Translations under genes and position numbers: made by a program | Shown here: positions 42,019 to 55,407 of the stretch, in pieces | Layout of the letters: each line of letters begins with the position of its first letter | Position numbering within the stretch: position 1 is the first letter of the stretch | Source of the DNA: an uncultured candidatus Porisulfidus sp. | Lineage (GTDB): Bacteria; Pseudomonadota; Gammaproteobacteria; Poriferisulfidales; Poriferisulfidaceae | Assembly: GCA_965204575.1 (NCBI GenBank) | Contig: OZ241993.1 | Coordinates: 1,600,001 to 1,664,000 of the forward strand | Reading direction: 5' to 3' | Length of the DNA stretch: 64,000 nt | The notes under the pieces: model-generated | Told to the model about the DNA's origin: nothing | The model's input: the letters and a program-made list of their open reading frames with translations, nothing else | The model's database searches: none

Positions 42019-42215
42019 TGGTTCTCTCCCTGACGACGTTCCGTCATCAATGTCTTGATCCGGGCAATGTCGCGACGCGCCTCCCGGAAGGCGTGGTTGC
42101 GCGCCAACTGCCCGATGCGCACTTGCATCCGCATCTCGAACTCGCTGCGCCGAAGGCGCAGCAGTTCGGCACGCAGTTCCGCGTCATCTTTCGCGCGCAG
42201 GGCCTGCATGTCCAT
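42015..42215 (-). CDS. rpmC: 50S ribosomal protein L29
   Basis: 66 aa, RRDIARIKT; operon position. Confidence 0.95.
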   Translation of the reverse strand: MDMQALRAKDDAELRAELLRLRRSEFEMRMQVRIGQLARNHAFREARRDIARIKTLMTERRQGENQ

Positions 42216-42628
42216 CAGGCCAACGTCCGGTGCGCGAAGGTGGTCTGGACCGGCAGCTTGGCGGCAGCACGACGAAACGCCTCGCGCGCCAGGTCCTCCT
42301 GGACGCCTTCGATTTCATAAAGCATGCGGCCCGGCTGGATCTTGGCGACCCAGTACTCGACGTTGCCCTTGCCCTTGCCCTGACGCGACTCCAGCGGCTT
42401 CTTGGTCACCGGAACATCCGGGAACACCCGGATCCAGATCTTGCCGCCGCGCCGGATGTGACGGGTCATGGCCCGCCGGGCCGCCTCGATCTGGCGAGCA
42501 GTCAGGCGCCCTCCCGTGGTCGCCTTCAGACCGTACTCGCCGAAGCTGACCTTGTGCCCGCGCTGCGACAGGCCCCGGTTGCGGCCTTTCTGCTGCTTGC
42601 GGTAGCGGGTGCGCTTGGGTTGCATCAT
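42215..42628 (-). CDS. rplP: 50S ribosomal protein L16
   Basis: [25 protein letters not shown]. Confidence 0.98.
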   Translation of the reverse strand: MMQPKRTRYRKQQKGRNRGLSQRGHKVSFGEYGLKATTGGRLTARQIEAARRAMTRHIRRGGKIWIRVFPDVPVTKKPLESRQGKGKGNVEYWVAKIQPGRMLYEIEGVQEDLAREAFRRAAAKLPVQTTFAHRTLA

Positions 42629-42642
42629 GGCGGCGGTCTCCG

Positions 42643-43302
42643 TTACTTGCCGAGCGGTCCGTCCGGCCCGCCGATCTCGCCGTTGAAGATCCAGGCCTTG
42701 ACGCCGATAATGCCGTAGGTGGTCCGCGCCTCGGCGAATCCGTAATCAATGTCCGCGCGCAGGGTATGCAGCGGAACCCGGCCTTCGCGGCACCATTCGC
42801 TGCGCGCGATCTCGGCGCCGTTGAGACGTCCGGCCACGTTCAGCTTGATTCCCTGGACGCCGAGCCGCATGGCGTTCTGCACGGCCCGCTTCATGGCGCG
42901 CCGGTACATGATGCGCCCTTCCAACTGCTGGGCGACACTCTCGGCCACCAGGTGGGCGTCCACTTCCGGGTTGTGGATTTCATCGATGTTGATCTTGACC
43001 GTGCCGAGAGCCAGGCCCATCATCTGCGCGACTTCGCGGCGCAGGATCTCGATGTCGTTGCCCTTCTTGCCGATCACGATTCCGGGGCGGGCCGTATGGA
43101 TGGTGATCTCGGCCGTGTCGTTGCGCCGCTCGATCCGGATACGGCTGACCGAAGCCTGCGACAGCTTGTGGCGCAGGAAATCGCGGACCATCAGGTCATT
43201 GTTGAGCTGGTCGCGGTATTCGGTGCCCTCCGCGTACCAGTTCGAGTTCCAGTCGGTCATGATGCCGAGGCGGAATCCGATCGGATTGACTTTCTGTCCC
43301 AT
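42643..43302 (-). CDS. rpsC: 30S ribosomal protein S3
   Basis: [34 protein letters not shown]. The start was reset to 43302. Confidence 0.98.
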   Translation of the reverse strand: MGQKVNPIGFRLGIMTDWNSNWYAEGTEYRDQLNNDLMVRDFLRHKLSQASVSRIRIERRNDTAEITIHTARPGIVIGKKGNDIEILRREVAQMMGLALGTVKINIDEIHNPEVDAHLVAESVAQQLEGRIMYRRAMKRAVQNAMRLGVQGIKLNVAGRLNGAEIARSEWCREGRVPLHTLRADIDYGFAEARTTYGIIGVKAWIFNGEIGGPDGPLGK

Positions 43303-43304
43303 GC

Positions 43305-43646
43305 TTACTCCTCCGCGTCGCTCAGCACGACCGTGATGTGGCTGGTGCGCTTCAGGATCCTTCCGACCCGGCCCCGGGCGCGCGGGCGGAAACGCTTGAA
43401 CACCGGCCCTTCGTCGACCGTTACGCGGCTCACCCGCAGCAGGTCGATGTCCGCGCCGTGATTGTGCTCCGCGTTGGCCAGCGCCGACTCCATGGTCTTG
43501 CGCATCAACTGCGCCGCCTTGTGCGGCGAGAAGCGCAGGATTTCCAGGGCTTCCCCAACCGGCAGGCTGCGCACCTGGTTGGCCACCAGCCGGCACTTGC
43601 GTGGGCTGATGCGCTGGTAGCGGGAGACGCAACGCGTTTCCATCAT
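43305..43646 (-). CDS. rplV: 50S ribosomal protein L22
   Basis: [24 protein letters not shown]. Confidence 0.98.
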   Translation of the reverse strand: MMETRCVSRYQRISPRKCRLVANQVRSLPVGEALEILRFSPHKAAQLMRKTMESALANAEHNHGADIDLLRVSRVTVDEGPVFKRFRPRARGRVGRILKRTSHITVVLSDAEE

Positions 43647-43918
43647 GCTTTCGCCTTGCGGTCGCCCGCATGTTGCCGGAACGTGCGCGTCAGCGCGAAT
43701 TCTCCGAGCTTGTGTCCCACCATGTTCTCGTTGACCAGCACCGGGACATGCCGGCGGCCGTCGTGCACGGCCAGCGTCAGTCCGACCATCTCCGGCACGA
43801 TCATGGAACGCCGCGACCAGGTCTTGATCTGGCGGCGGTCGTTGTTCTCGACGGCCTCGCGCACCTTGGCCATCAGGTGATGGTCGACGAACGGGCCTTT
43901 CTTCAGTGAACGTGACAT
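43643..43918 (-). CDS. rpsS: 30S ribosomal protein S19
   Basis: [23 protein letters not shown]. Confidence 0.98.
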   Translation of the reverse strand: MSRSLKKGPFVDHHLMAKVREAVENNDRRQIKTWSRRSMIVPEMVGLTLAVHDGRRHVPVLVNENMVGHKLGEFALTRTFRQHAGDRKAKA

Positions 43919-43922
43919 GGCA

Positions 43923-44752
<830 letters not shown>

Positions 44753-44756
<4 letters not shown>

Positions 44757-45217
44757 GCCCCGATCTCCGCGCCTTCGATGGTCTGCCCGGGCGCAAGCCG
44801 CACATAGGCCTTGCTCCAGTCACTGCGGCGACCCCGGCGCTTGACCTTGCCGCGGACGTTGGCCACCCGCACGCCATCAACCTTTACGTCGAACATCGTC
44901 TCCACCGCATGCTTGACTTCGTCGCGGGTCGCGTCCGTCTTCACCTCGAAGACATGCTGCTCGCTTTCCGCCAGGCGCACCGATTTCTCGGACATCCGGG
45001 CACCCAGGATCACCTGGCTCAGGCGTTCTTCGCTGGGCTTCTTGGCGACGGCCGGGGCGGGTTTCGGCTTGGCCGGCTTCGCCGGAACGGCCTCGGCTTT
45101 CTTCGCCGCAGCCGGCTTGGCCTCAGCCTCCGGCTTGTCAATCTTCTTGACTTCCTCGGCGGGCGCCTCCTTCGGCTTGCCCCTGAAGAGACTCTTGATC
45201 TTTCCGAACATGCTCAT
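44753..45217 (-). CDS. rplW: 50S ribosomal protein L23 with a ~59-aa N-terminal extension
   Basis: Core [18 protein letters not shown]...[10 protein letters not shown]...WSKAYVRL; ATGA-coupled to the rplD stop. Confidence 0.95.
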
Positions 45218-45831
45218 GACGCCGCACCCCCCAGGCGTTGTTCCAGAAGGCTCAGCGCCGACCGGGTCACCAGCACATGTTCGTATCGCAGCAGCGATAC
45301 CGGATCCACTGCGTTCACTTCGCAGGCATCGTAGTTCGGCAGATTGCGGACGGCCAGGAATACGTTCGGCTCCATGCGCTCGACCAGGATCAGGACGCTG
45401 GTCAGGCCGAGCCCCTCAAGTTTCTCGCGCGCAAGCCGGGTCTTCGGCTCCGGCAGATCGAACGATTCCACGACGTGCAGGCGTTCCTGGCGCAGCAGTT
45501 CGGAGAAGATCGAACGCATCGCGTGGCGGTACATCTTCTTGTTCAGCTTGGCGTTGTACGTGCGATTGGTCGCCGGGTGCGTCACACCCCCGCCGCGCCA
45601 GATCGGCGAGCGGATGCTTCCGGCCCGGGCTCGCCCGGTGCCTTTCTGGCGCCAGGGCTTGGCGCCGCCGCCACGGACCGCGGCGCGATTCTTCTGCGCG
45701 GATGTCCCCTGGCGGCCCCGCTGCGCGTAGGTCACCACCGCCTGGTGAATCAGCGCCTCGTGAAATGCCACGCCAAAGCACTCGTCTGCGACGGTCACGG
45801 CAGCCTGGGTATCGCGGGTCTTCAGTTCCAT
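45214..45831 (-). CDS. rplD: 50S ribosomal protein L4
   Basis: KPWRQKGTGRARAG, SPIWRGGG; start at 45831 or 45837. Confidence 0.97.
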   Translation of the reverse strand: MELKTRDTQAAVTVADECFGVAFHEALIHQAVVTYAQRGRQGTSAQKNRAAVRGGGAKPWRQKGTGRARAGSIRSPIWRGGGVTHPATNRTYNAKLNKKMYRHAMRSIFSELLRQERLHVVESFDLPEPKTRLAREKLEGLGLTSVLILVERMEPNVFLAVRNLPNYDACEVNAVDPVSLLRYEHVLVTRSALSLLEQRLGGAAS

Positions 45832-45841
45832 GTCCATTCCC

Positions 45842-46471
45842 TCACTGCGCCGGGCGGACAACCACCCGTCCGCCGGTGGCGCCCGGAACGGCGCCGCGAA
45901 TCCAAAGCAGTTGCTCTTCGCTGTTGACCTGGACCACTTCCAGGTTGCGCTGGGTGACCTGCTTGCCGCCCATGCGCCCGGGCATCTTCTTGCCCTTGAA
46001 CACGCGCCCCGGGAACTGGCACTGTCCGGTCGCGCCCATCACCCGGTGCGACAGCGAATTGCCGTGCGAGCGGTCCTGGCCGCGGAAGTTGTGCCGCTTG
46101 ATCGTGCCGGCGAAGCCCTTGCCGATCGTGGTGCCGCTGACGTTGACCTTCTGTCCGACTTCGAACAGGTCCGCGCCGACTTCAGCGCCAACCTCCGGAA
46201 TCTCCTCGTCCGCGTCGACCCTGAATTCCTTGAGGCCGCGGGCGGTCTCCAGCCCGATCTGCTTGATTTCGCCCGCCAGCGGGCGGCGCATCCGTTTCGC
46301 CGGACGGGTGCCGTAGCTCATCTGCACGGCTGCATAGCCGTCCGATTCCCCGGTCTTCACGCGCACCACCCGGTTGGCGTCCACCGAAACCAGCGTCACC
46401 GGCACGGACTCGCCGCTGTCGCGAAACAGCCGCGTCATGCCGATCTTGGTTCCGATGATGCCGAGGCCCAT
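45842..46471 (-). CDS. rplC: 50S ribosomal protein L3
   Basis: [24 protein letters not shown]. Confidence 0.98.
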   Translation of the reverse strand: MGLGIIGTKIGMTRLFRDSGESVPVTLVSVDANRVVRVKTGESDGYAAVQMSYGTRPAKRMRRPLAGEIKQIGLETARGLKEFRVDADEEIPEVGAEVGADLFEVGQKVNVSGTTIGKGFAGTIKRHNFRGQDRSHGNSLSHRVMGATGQCQFPGRVFKGKKMPGRMGGKQVTQRNLEVVQVNSEEQLLWIRGAVPGATGGRVVVRPAQ

Positions 46472-46483
46472 GATTCCGTCCCT

Positions 46484-46876
46484 TTACTTGAGCTGGACAT
46501 TGATGCCGGCGGGCAGGTCCAGCTTCATCAACGCGTCCACCGTCTTCTCGGAGGGGTTGATGATGTCGATCATGCGTTTGTGGGTGCGGATTTCGTACTG
46601 GTCACGCGCATCCTTGTCGACATGCGGGGAAATCAGCACGGTAAATCGCTCCATCCGGGTCGGCAGCGGGATCGGCCCGTGCACCTGGGCTCCGGTGCGC
46701 CGCGCCGTCTCGACGATCTCTTTCGCCGACTGGTCCACCAGCCGGTGGTCGAACGCCTTCAACCGCAGCCGCAGGCTGCTGTAGCGGCCCTTCCCTTTCT
46801 TCGGTGCAGCCGAAACCGCTTCGGATACCGCAGTTTCCGTTTTCGGTTGGCGGGCTTTTTTCTTTGGAGCGGCCAT
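46484..46876 (-). CDS. rpsJ: 30S ribosomal protein S10 with a ~29-aa N-terminal extension
   Basis: [31 protein letters not shown]. Confidence 0.97.
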   Translation of the reverse strand: MAAPKKKARQPKTETAVSEAVSAAPKKGKGRYSSLRLRLKAFDHRLVDQSAKEIVETARRTGAQVHGPIPLPTRMERFTVLISPHVDKDARDQYEIRTHKRMIDIINPSEKTVDALMKLDLPAGINVQLK

Positions 46877-46909
46877 GGTTCGATTCAGTCTGCGGTTATT
46901 CGAAATGTG

Positions 46910-48100
<1,191 letters not shown>

Positions 48101-48116
48101 CGTTCTGTCTCCTGGT

Positions 48117-50213
<2,097 letters not shown>

Positions 50214-50217
50214 GGTC

Positions 50218-50709
<492 letters not shown>

Positions 50710-51084
50710 TTAATTTTTGGGCCGCTTGGTTCCGTACTTGGAACGGCCTTGCCGGCGATCCGCAACCCCCTGGGTGTCGAGGCTGCCGCGCACCGTGTGG
50801 TAGCGCACGCCCGGCAGGTCCTTGACGCGACCGCCACGGATCAGGACGACTGAATGTTCTTGGAGATTGTGCCCTTCGCCACCGATGTAACTGGTGACTT
50901 CGAAGCCGTTGGTCAGACGGACGCGGGCGACCTTGCGGAGTGCGGAATTGGGCTTCTTTGGAGTGGTGGTATAGACACGAGTACAGACCCCGCGTCGTTG
51001 CGGGCAACGGGCGAGCGCCGGCACGTTGCTTTTGCTCGTAGGGCGTTTGCGCGGCTTGCGCACCAACTGGTTGATTGTGGCCAT
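50710..51084 (-). CDS. rpsL: 30S ribosomal protein S12
   Basis: [23 protein letters not shown]. Confidence 0.99.
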   Translation of the reverse strand: MATINQLVRKPRKRPTSKSNVPALARCPQRRGVCTRVYTTTPKKPNSALRKVARVRLTNGFEVTSYIGGEGHNLQEHSVVLIRGGRVKDLPGVRYHTVRGSLDTQGVADRRQGRSKYGTKRPKN

Positions 51085-51167
51085 CGTGTCATCAATGAAT
51101 TGGCGTTCATTTATAAAAACAGGCCAGCGCCCGTGGTCGGAAGCTGGCCCGCCAAAACTGGCGGCGA

Positions 51168-51176
51168 ATTATAGCA
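51168..51176 (-). promoter_or_regulatory. Extended -10 promoter of the str operon
   Basis: Minus-strand TGCTATAAT about 84 nt upstream of rpsL. Confidence 0.65.
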
Positions 51177-51301
51177 CAAGGGGAAACCGAAAACTCTGTT
51201 TCGGCGTGTTCACATTCCTGTCATCGGGCAGGGTCAAAAACAGCCACTTTCGCGGCTTCTCTTGTATTGACAGGAATGGAAGTTTTGGCCTGGCCGGCCG
51301 T

Positions 51302-51331
51302 AGCCCGAGCAGGGGTATACCCTGTCGGGCT
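51302..51331 (-). terminator. Hairpin downstream of aprA, possible terminator
   Basis: AGCCCGA-G-CAGGG...CCCTG-TCGGGCT inverted repeat 12 nt after the aprA stop; no clear U-tract. Confidence 0.45.
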
Positions 51332-51343
51332 TGAACCGTATCT

Positions 51344-53188
51344 TTAGTCGATGATGTGGTGAACGGGCGCCTTCTCCATCTCCCACTCATCGGAGTCCCG
51401 ATCATAGCGGGACAGGGTGAGGCAATGCCAATCCTGATCGTCGAGTTTCGGGAAATCGCCCCGGTAGTAGTAGCCGGGCCAACGCGTCTCCTTGCGGAAC
51501 AGCGTGTGGTGGGCGACCGACTGCGAAGCCAGGAACCGATGATGAAGCTCCCATGTTCTCTGCAACTGGTGAAAGTCTTCGGCCCCGACATTGTTGAGAT
51601 CCTTCTTCAGCATGTCCAGCAACTCCAAACCGCGGGTGAGCAGGGGCTCGTTCGTCATGTAGTTCGTGCTGATTCCGCCGACGTATTCGTCCATGATCTT
51701 TTCGAGACGCTGAAGGCCATGGATCGGCAGAATGTAACTCGGCGAGACGGTTCCCGCCACGATCTCGTTGCGGCCGACCTGGTAGTTCTCCAGAGGCTGG
51801 TAGATCGTCTCCTTCAGATCCTGGCACTGTTTTTCGCTGACTTGAAGTTTTTCATTCTTCAGGTCGTTGATGTAATTGACCGCCGCCTTGGCTGCGATTC
51901 GGCCTTCCGTGTAGGACCCCGATGAGAACTTGTGCGCGCTGCCGCCGATCGTGTCGCCGGCACCGAACAGCCCTTCAACGGTCATCATCCGGTTGTAGCC
52001 CCACTGATAATCAGCAGGCGCGACATCCTCGGGGCCGCTGGCCCAGGCTCCCGAACAAGTCGCATGAGAACCCATGACGTAGGGCTCGGAAGTCGTCAGT
52101 TCCGGGTTGATGTGCTTGGGATCGATGTTCTGTGCCGCCCACACCACCGCCTGACCGATGGTCATGCCGAGGAAGTTTTCCCAGCCCACGGTTTCCTTGT
52201 GCGGATCCTGGAAAGCCTCTTTGGTTACCATGCGGATGGGGCCCCTGCCCGCCTTCACTTCTTCAAGAAAAGCGTGGTTGCGCAGACAGGTCGGGGTCGG
52301 ATGGTGATCGATGTAATCTCCGACCATTTCCTTCGTGTGCTCATACCACTTGGACTCGTACTCTTCGCCGTACCCGTTCTGGGTGTAGGTCTTGAGGTGC
52401 AGGAAGTAGGCGCCGACCGGGCCGTAGCCATCCTTGAAACGGGCCAGGACAATCCGGTTCTCCATCTGCGTCATCTTGGCGCCGGCGAGAATCGGCAGCG
52501 CATAGGCTGAGGCACTGCTCCACGGCGCATACCAGGTGCGCCCCATGCCCTCTCCCACGGAACGGGGCTTGTAAATGTGCGAGGCCCCCCCGGCGCAGAC
52601 GATCACGGCCTTGGCGCGGAACACGTAGAAATCCCCGGTCCGGACATTGAAGCCGACGGCACCGGCCACCCGGTTCGGTTTCGACTCGTCCATCAGCAGG
52701 TGGGTCACCATGATCCGGTTGTAGACTTCGTTGGCGGCCTTGCGGGCCGCTTCGGCGACGATCGGCTTGTAGCTTTCGCCGTGAATCATGATCTGCCACT
52801 TGCCTTCGCGCTGGTAGCGCCCCGTTTCCGGGTCCCGCATCATGGGCAGGCCCCACTCTTCGAACTTGTGCACGGTGGCGTCGACGTGCCGGGCGATGTC
52901 GTAGCCCAGGTCCTCTCGCACCAGCCCCATGAGGTCGTTGCGCGCGTAACGGACATGATCCTCCGGCTGATTCTCGCCCCACTGCATGCCCATGTAGCAG
53001 TTGATTGCGTACAGGCCCTGTGCGACCGCACCGCTTCGTTCGATGTTGGCCTTCTCGACGCAGACCACCTTCAGGTCGCGCCCCCAGTATCTGGATTCGT
53101 ACGTGGCGCCACAGCCGGCCATGCCGCCGCCGACGACGAGAACGTCGGAATCGACAACAACGGTTTTTCTTCGGTTAAACAATCCCAT
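51344..53188 (-). CDS. aprA: Adenylylsulfate (APS) reductase alpha subunit
   Basis: GGGMAGCG, RSGAVAQGL, KWQIMIHGESYK, PTCLRNH, HKFSSGS, ETRWPGYYYR. Confidence 0.96.
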   Translation of the reverse strand: MGLFNRRKTVVVDSDVLVVGGGMAGCGATYESRYWGRDLKVVCVEKANIERSGAVAQGLYAINCYMGMQWGENQPEDHVRYARNDLMGLVREDLGYDIARHVDATVHKFEEWGLPMMRDPETGRYQREGKWQIMIHGESYKPIVAEAARKAANEVYNRIMVTHLLMDESKPNRVAGAVGFNVRTGDFYVFRAKAVIVCAGGASHIYKPRSVGEGMGRTWYAPWSSASAYALPILAGAKMTQMENRIVLARFKDGYGPVGAYFLHLKTYTQNGYGEEYESKWYEHTKEMVGDYIDHHPTPTCLRNHAFLEEVKAGRGPIRMVTKEAFQDPHKETVGWENFLGMTIGQAVVWAAQNIDPKHINPELTTSEPYVMGSHATCSGAWASGPEDVAPADYQWGYNRMMTVEGLFGAGDTIGGSAHKFSSGSYTEGRIAAKAAVNYINDLKNEKLQVSEKQCQDLKETIYQPLENYQVGRNEIVAGTVSPSYILPIHGLQRLEKIMDEYVGGISTNYMTNEPLLTRGLELLDMLKKDLNNVGAEDFHQLQRTWELHHRFLASQSVAHHTLFRKETRWPGYYYRGDFPKLDDQDWHCLTLSRYDRDSDEWEMEKAPVHHIID

Positions 53189-53203
53189 TAGTCTGCTCCT
53201 TGC

Positions 53204-53650
53204 TTAAGTGGCCGGCTTCAATGTGGGTAGCCCGCTGTCGATGTTGAGTGCATCCGGTTCATGTGCGAGTTCTTGAGACTGAAACGCTTCCGCACTAGGC
53301 GCGTCCAGTTCTGCCGGTGACGGAATGGTGCCCCATTCGGTAGTACGAATCGGCGATTCGAAATTCTTTTCCCGGCCATCCTGGAACAGAATCTTCCAGG
53401 AGATCGTGCCCTTTTCTTCTTCGCGAAGCGCTCTGACGCTGTGGCCGAGAGGCGCGAAATCGGCATAGCCGCGCGCATCGATCGCATTTTGCGGACACGC
53501 CTTCACGCAGGAGTAACACTCCCAGCACATGTTGGGCTCAATGTTGTAGGCACGCCGATAGGTCTTATCGATGTGCATGATGTCCGAGGGACAGATGTCG
53601 ACACAGTGACCGCAACCGTCACAGCGCGTCATATAAACGAAAGTAGGCAT
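53204..53650 (-). CDS. aprB: APS reductase beta subunit
   Basis: MPTFVYMTRCDGCGHCVDICPSD, CWECYSCVKACP, RGYADFAPLG. Confidence 0.97.
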   Translation of the reverse strand: MPTFVYMTRCDGCGHCVDICPSDIMHIDKTYRRAYNIEPNMCWECYSCVKACPQNAIDARGYADFAPLGHSVRALREEEKGTISWKILFQDGREKNFESPIRTTEWGTIPSPAELDAPSAEAFQSQELAHEPDALNIDSGLPTLKPAT

Positions 53651-53733
53651 GCTGTTCCGTCCTCTCCTATCGTTGAGTGAACAATTGTTCCTTCTCGAGG
53701 GTTAATGGCCTAATCAAAAACAGACCAGACGAG

Positions 53734-54507
53734 TTAATAATTCGTCGGCGCCCCGCGCGCCGAACCAAAGGTTTCAGGCTTGTCCGCCGGTGCCGGCAGG
53801 TTGCTTCTCGTCCCGGCCGCTTCCGCCACTCTTTTCTGCAAGGCGGCAGAAGGCTTGAAAAACATGTGCGCGAACTTGGACCAGGGGATGGACCCGAACA
53901 GTACTGCGGTCGAAAGCACGTACAGCCCGAAAGCCAGCCATCCGATCATCGATGTCCCCAACCATGACCACACCAGGGCCAGCGTCGAGCTCGCAAGCAG
54001 CGAAAGGATGAACAGGTCGGCCTGCGAAATACTGAAAGGCGAATTGCCCTCGGCCGCAACGTCAACCCGGATAAAGAACCAGAACCAATAGCCGCCGACA
54101 CAGACCATCAACGCCCCGATGTGCCACATCATCGGCCAGATCGTGGGGCCGACTGAGGTTGAATAGCAAAACACCATGACGGCGGTTGCGACGACATACC
54201 CGACGAAGCCGTACATCGTCAGCAGATGGGCGATTCGTCTTTGATTGGAGCAAAATTCCGATGATGTCAAGACCTCGCTGGCTAGGGTCTGGACCGCCAT
54301 GGACACGACTTGTCCGCCCCCGACTTGGTTGGTTCCCTTAGTCTTGGATTTCTTCCAATCTTCGAAAAAATACTTGGCGCTTTTCTTATGTATGACGTCA
54401 AACAACGTACCCACCACGACCAGAGCAAACATGACGATAACGAAAGTCTGCATCACTGCAACATCGATGTACGCCGAAAGCTCAGCAAAAGGATTGCTGG
54501 TGAACAT
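53734..54507 (-). CDS. aprM: APS reductase membrane anchor AprM
   Basis: Multi-TM protein directly upstream of aprB; HKKSAKYF, RRIAHLLTMYG, WSKFAHMFFKP. Confidence 0.88.
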   Translation of the reverse strand: MFTSNPFAELSAYIDVAVMQTFVIVMFALVVVGTLFDVIHKKSAKYFFEDWKKSKTKGTNQVGGGQVVSMAVQTLASEVLTSSEFCSNQRRIAHLLTMYGFVGYVVATAVMVFCYSTSVGPTIWPMMWHIGALMVCVGGYWFWFFIRVDVAAEGNSPFSISQADLFILSLLASSTLALVWSWLGTSMIGWLAFGLYVLSTAVLFGSIPWSKFAHMFFKPSAALQKRVAEAAGTRSNLPAPADKPETFGSARGAPTNY

Positions 54508-54655
54508 ATTTTTTGGATCCCAGGTTATTTTGGTTATGTGTCGGGTTTGTCATTATACAAAACTTTGTAATATCGGCTTCAATCATCCCGCCTGTGCAAC
54601 CGTCATATTGAATCCAACTTACAGTTGCAAATCAACCTGAGGTTTTCAGAATCGG

Positions 54656-55405
54656 TTACTCCGCTGTCTGCATCGAAACAGGCTCAGTCGGGTCGCCTTG
54701 CAAGCGGTAAACAGAAAAAGCATGCTCCTTGCCTGCATTGGGATTGGAAATAGTGGCCGTAGAAATCTCGTTACTGCGCAAGTCAAATTGGTAAGCCACC
54801 ACAATTTCATTCGCCTCCCTCCTGACCACTTCACCAACACAGACAAATGGACCATCAATGGCATAACCAGTAGGAACGATAAGAGTCCGCTGATGGGCCG
54901 TACCCTCCACTAGAGCAAATGGTGTCGGCGCCACGTACATCTTCCTGTCTCGCACCAGAATGTCACCGTAGCTCCCAAACCCCTTGAAGCTTTCATTCTT
55001 GTGCACATAGGTATTGTCGGCATTCAGGAACTCCCCATGACACATGACGAAGTCGAGCACCGGATAGCGGTCACCATCCGGCTTTTTCGGATAGCGTCCA
55101 AAGACATAAAAAATTTGACGTCCATTGTGTTCGCCACGGGGAATTTGACTATTGCAGTCGTAGTTGGCTGATCGGCCTGGGTAAGCCAGTCCTTTCAACT
55201 CAAAACCCTCGGCCGAGTTGACCAAGCAGAAGTCAGGGTATGTGTTTCTGCCTGGCAAATCATAGTGGAGTTCGAGTTCGTCCAGACGACACGCAAACCA
55301 ATTTTGAAGATGGAATTCTTTGTCCTTCTGCCCTTCCCGTTCAATCAATGTGCCCGCCCGAATAGCCTGAACGCAAGCTTCGAAAATAACTGTCGCCTTT
55401 GACAC
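54656..55405 (-). CDS. Putative type II restriction endonuclease (PD-(D/E)xK fold)
   Basis: NTYPDF...GFELK catalytic-like motif; GTG start 2 nt after the methyltransferase stop. Confidence 0.6.
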   Translation of the reverse strand: MSKATVIFEACVQAIRAGTLIEREGQKDKEFHLQNWFACRLDELELHYDLPGRNTYPDFCLVNSAEGFELKGLAYPGRSANYDCNSQIPRGEHNGRQIFYVFGRYPKKPDGDRYPVLDFVMCHGEFLNADNTYVHKNESFKGFGSYGDILVRDRKMYVAPTPFALVEGTAHQRTLIVPTGYAIDGPFVCVGEVVRREANEIVVAYQFDLRSNEISTATISNPNAGKEHAFSVYRLQGDPTEPVSMQTAE

Positions 55406-55407
55406 GA

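Noticed and set aside
53150-53188. Unusual AprA N-terminus (MGLFNRRK) as a targeting signal
   Set aside because: It is too short, has no hydrophobic core after the RR (so is not a Tat signal), and is only a few residues longer than typical.
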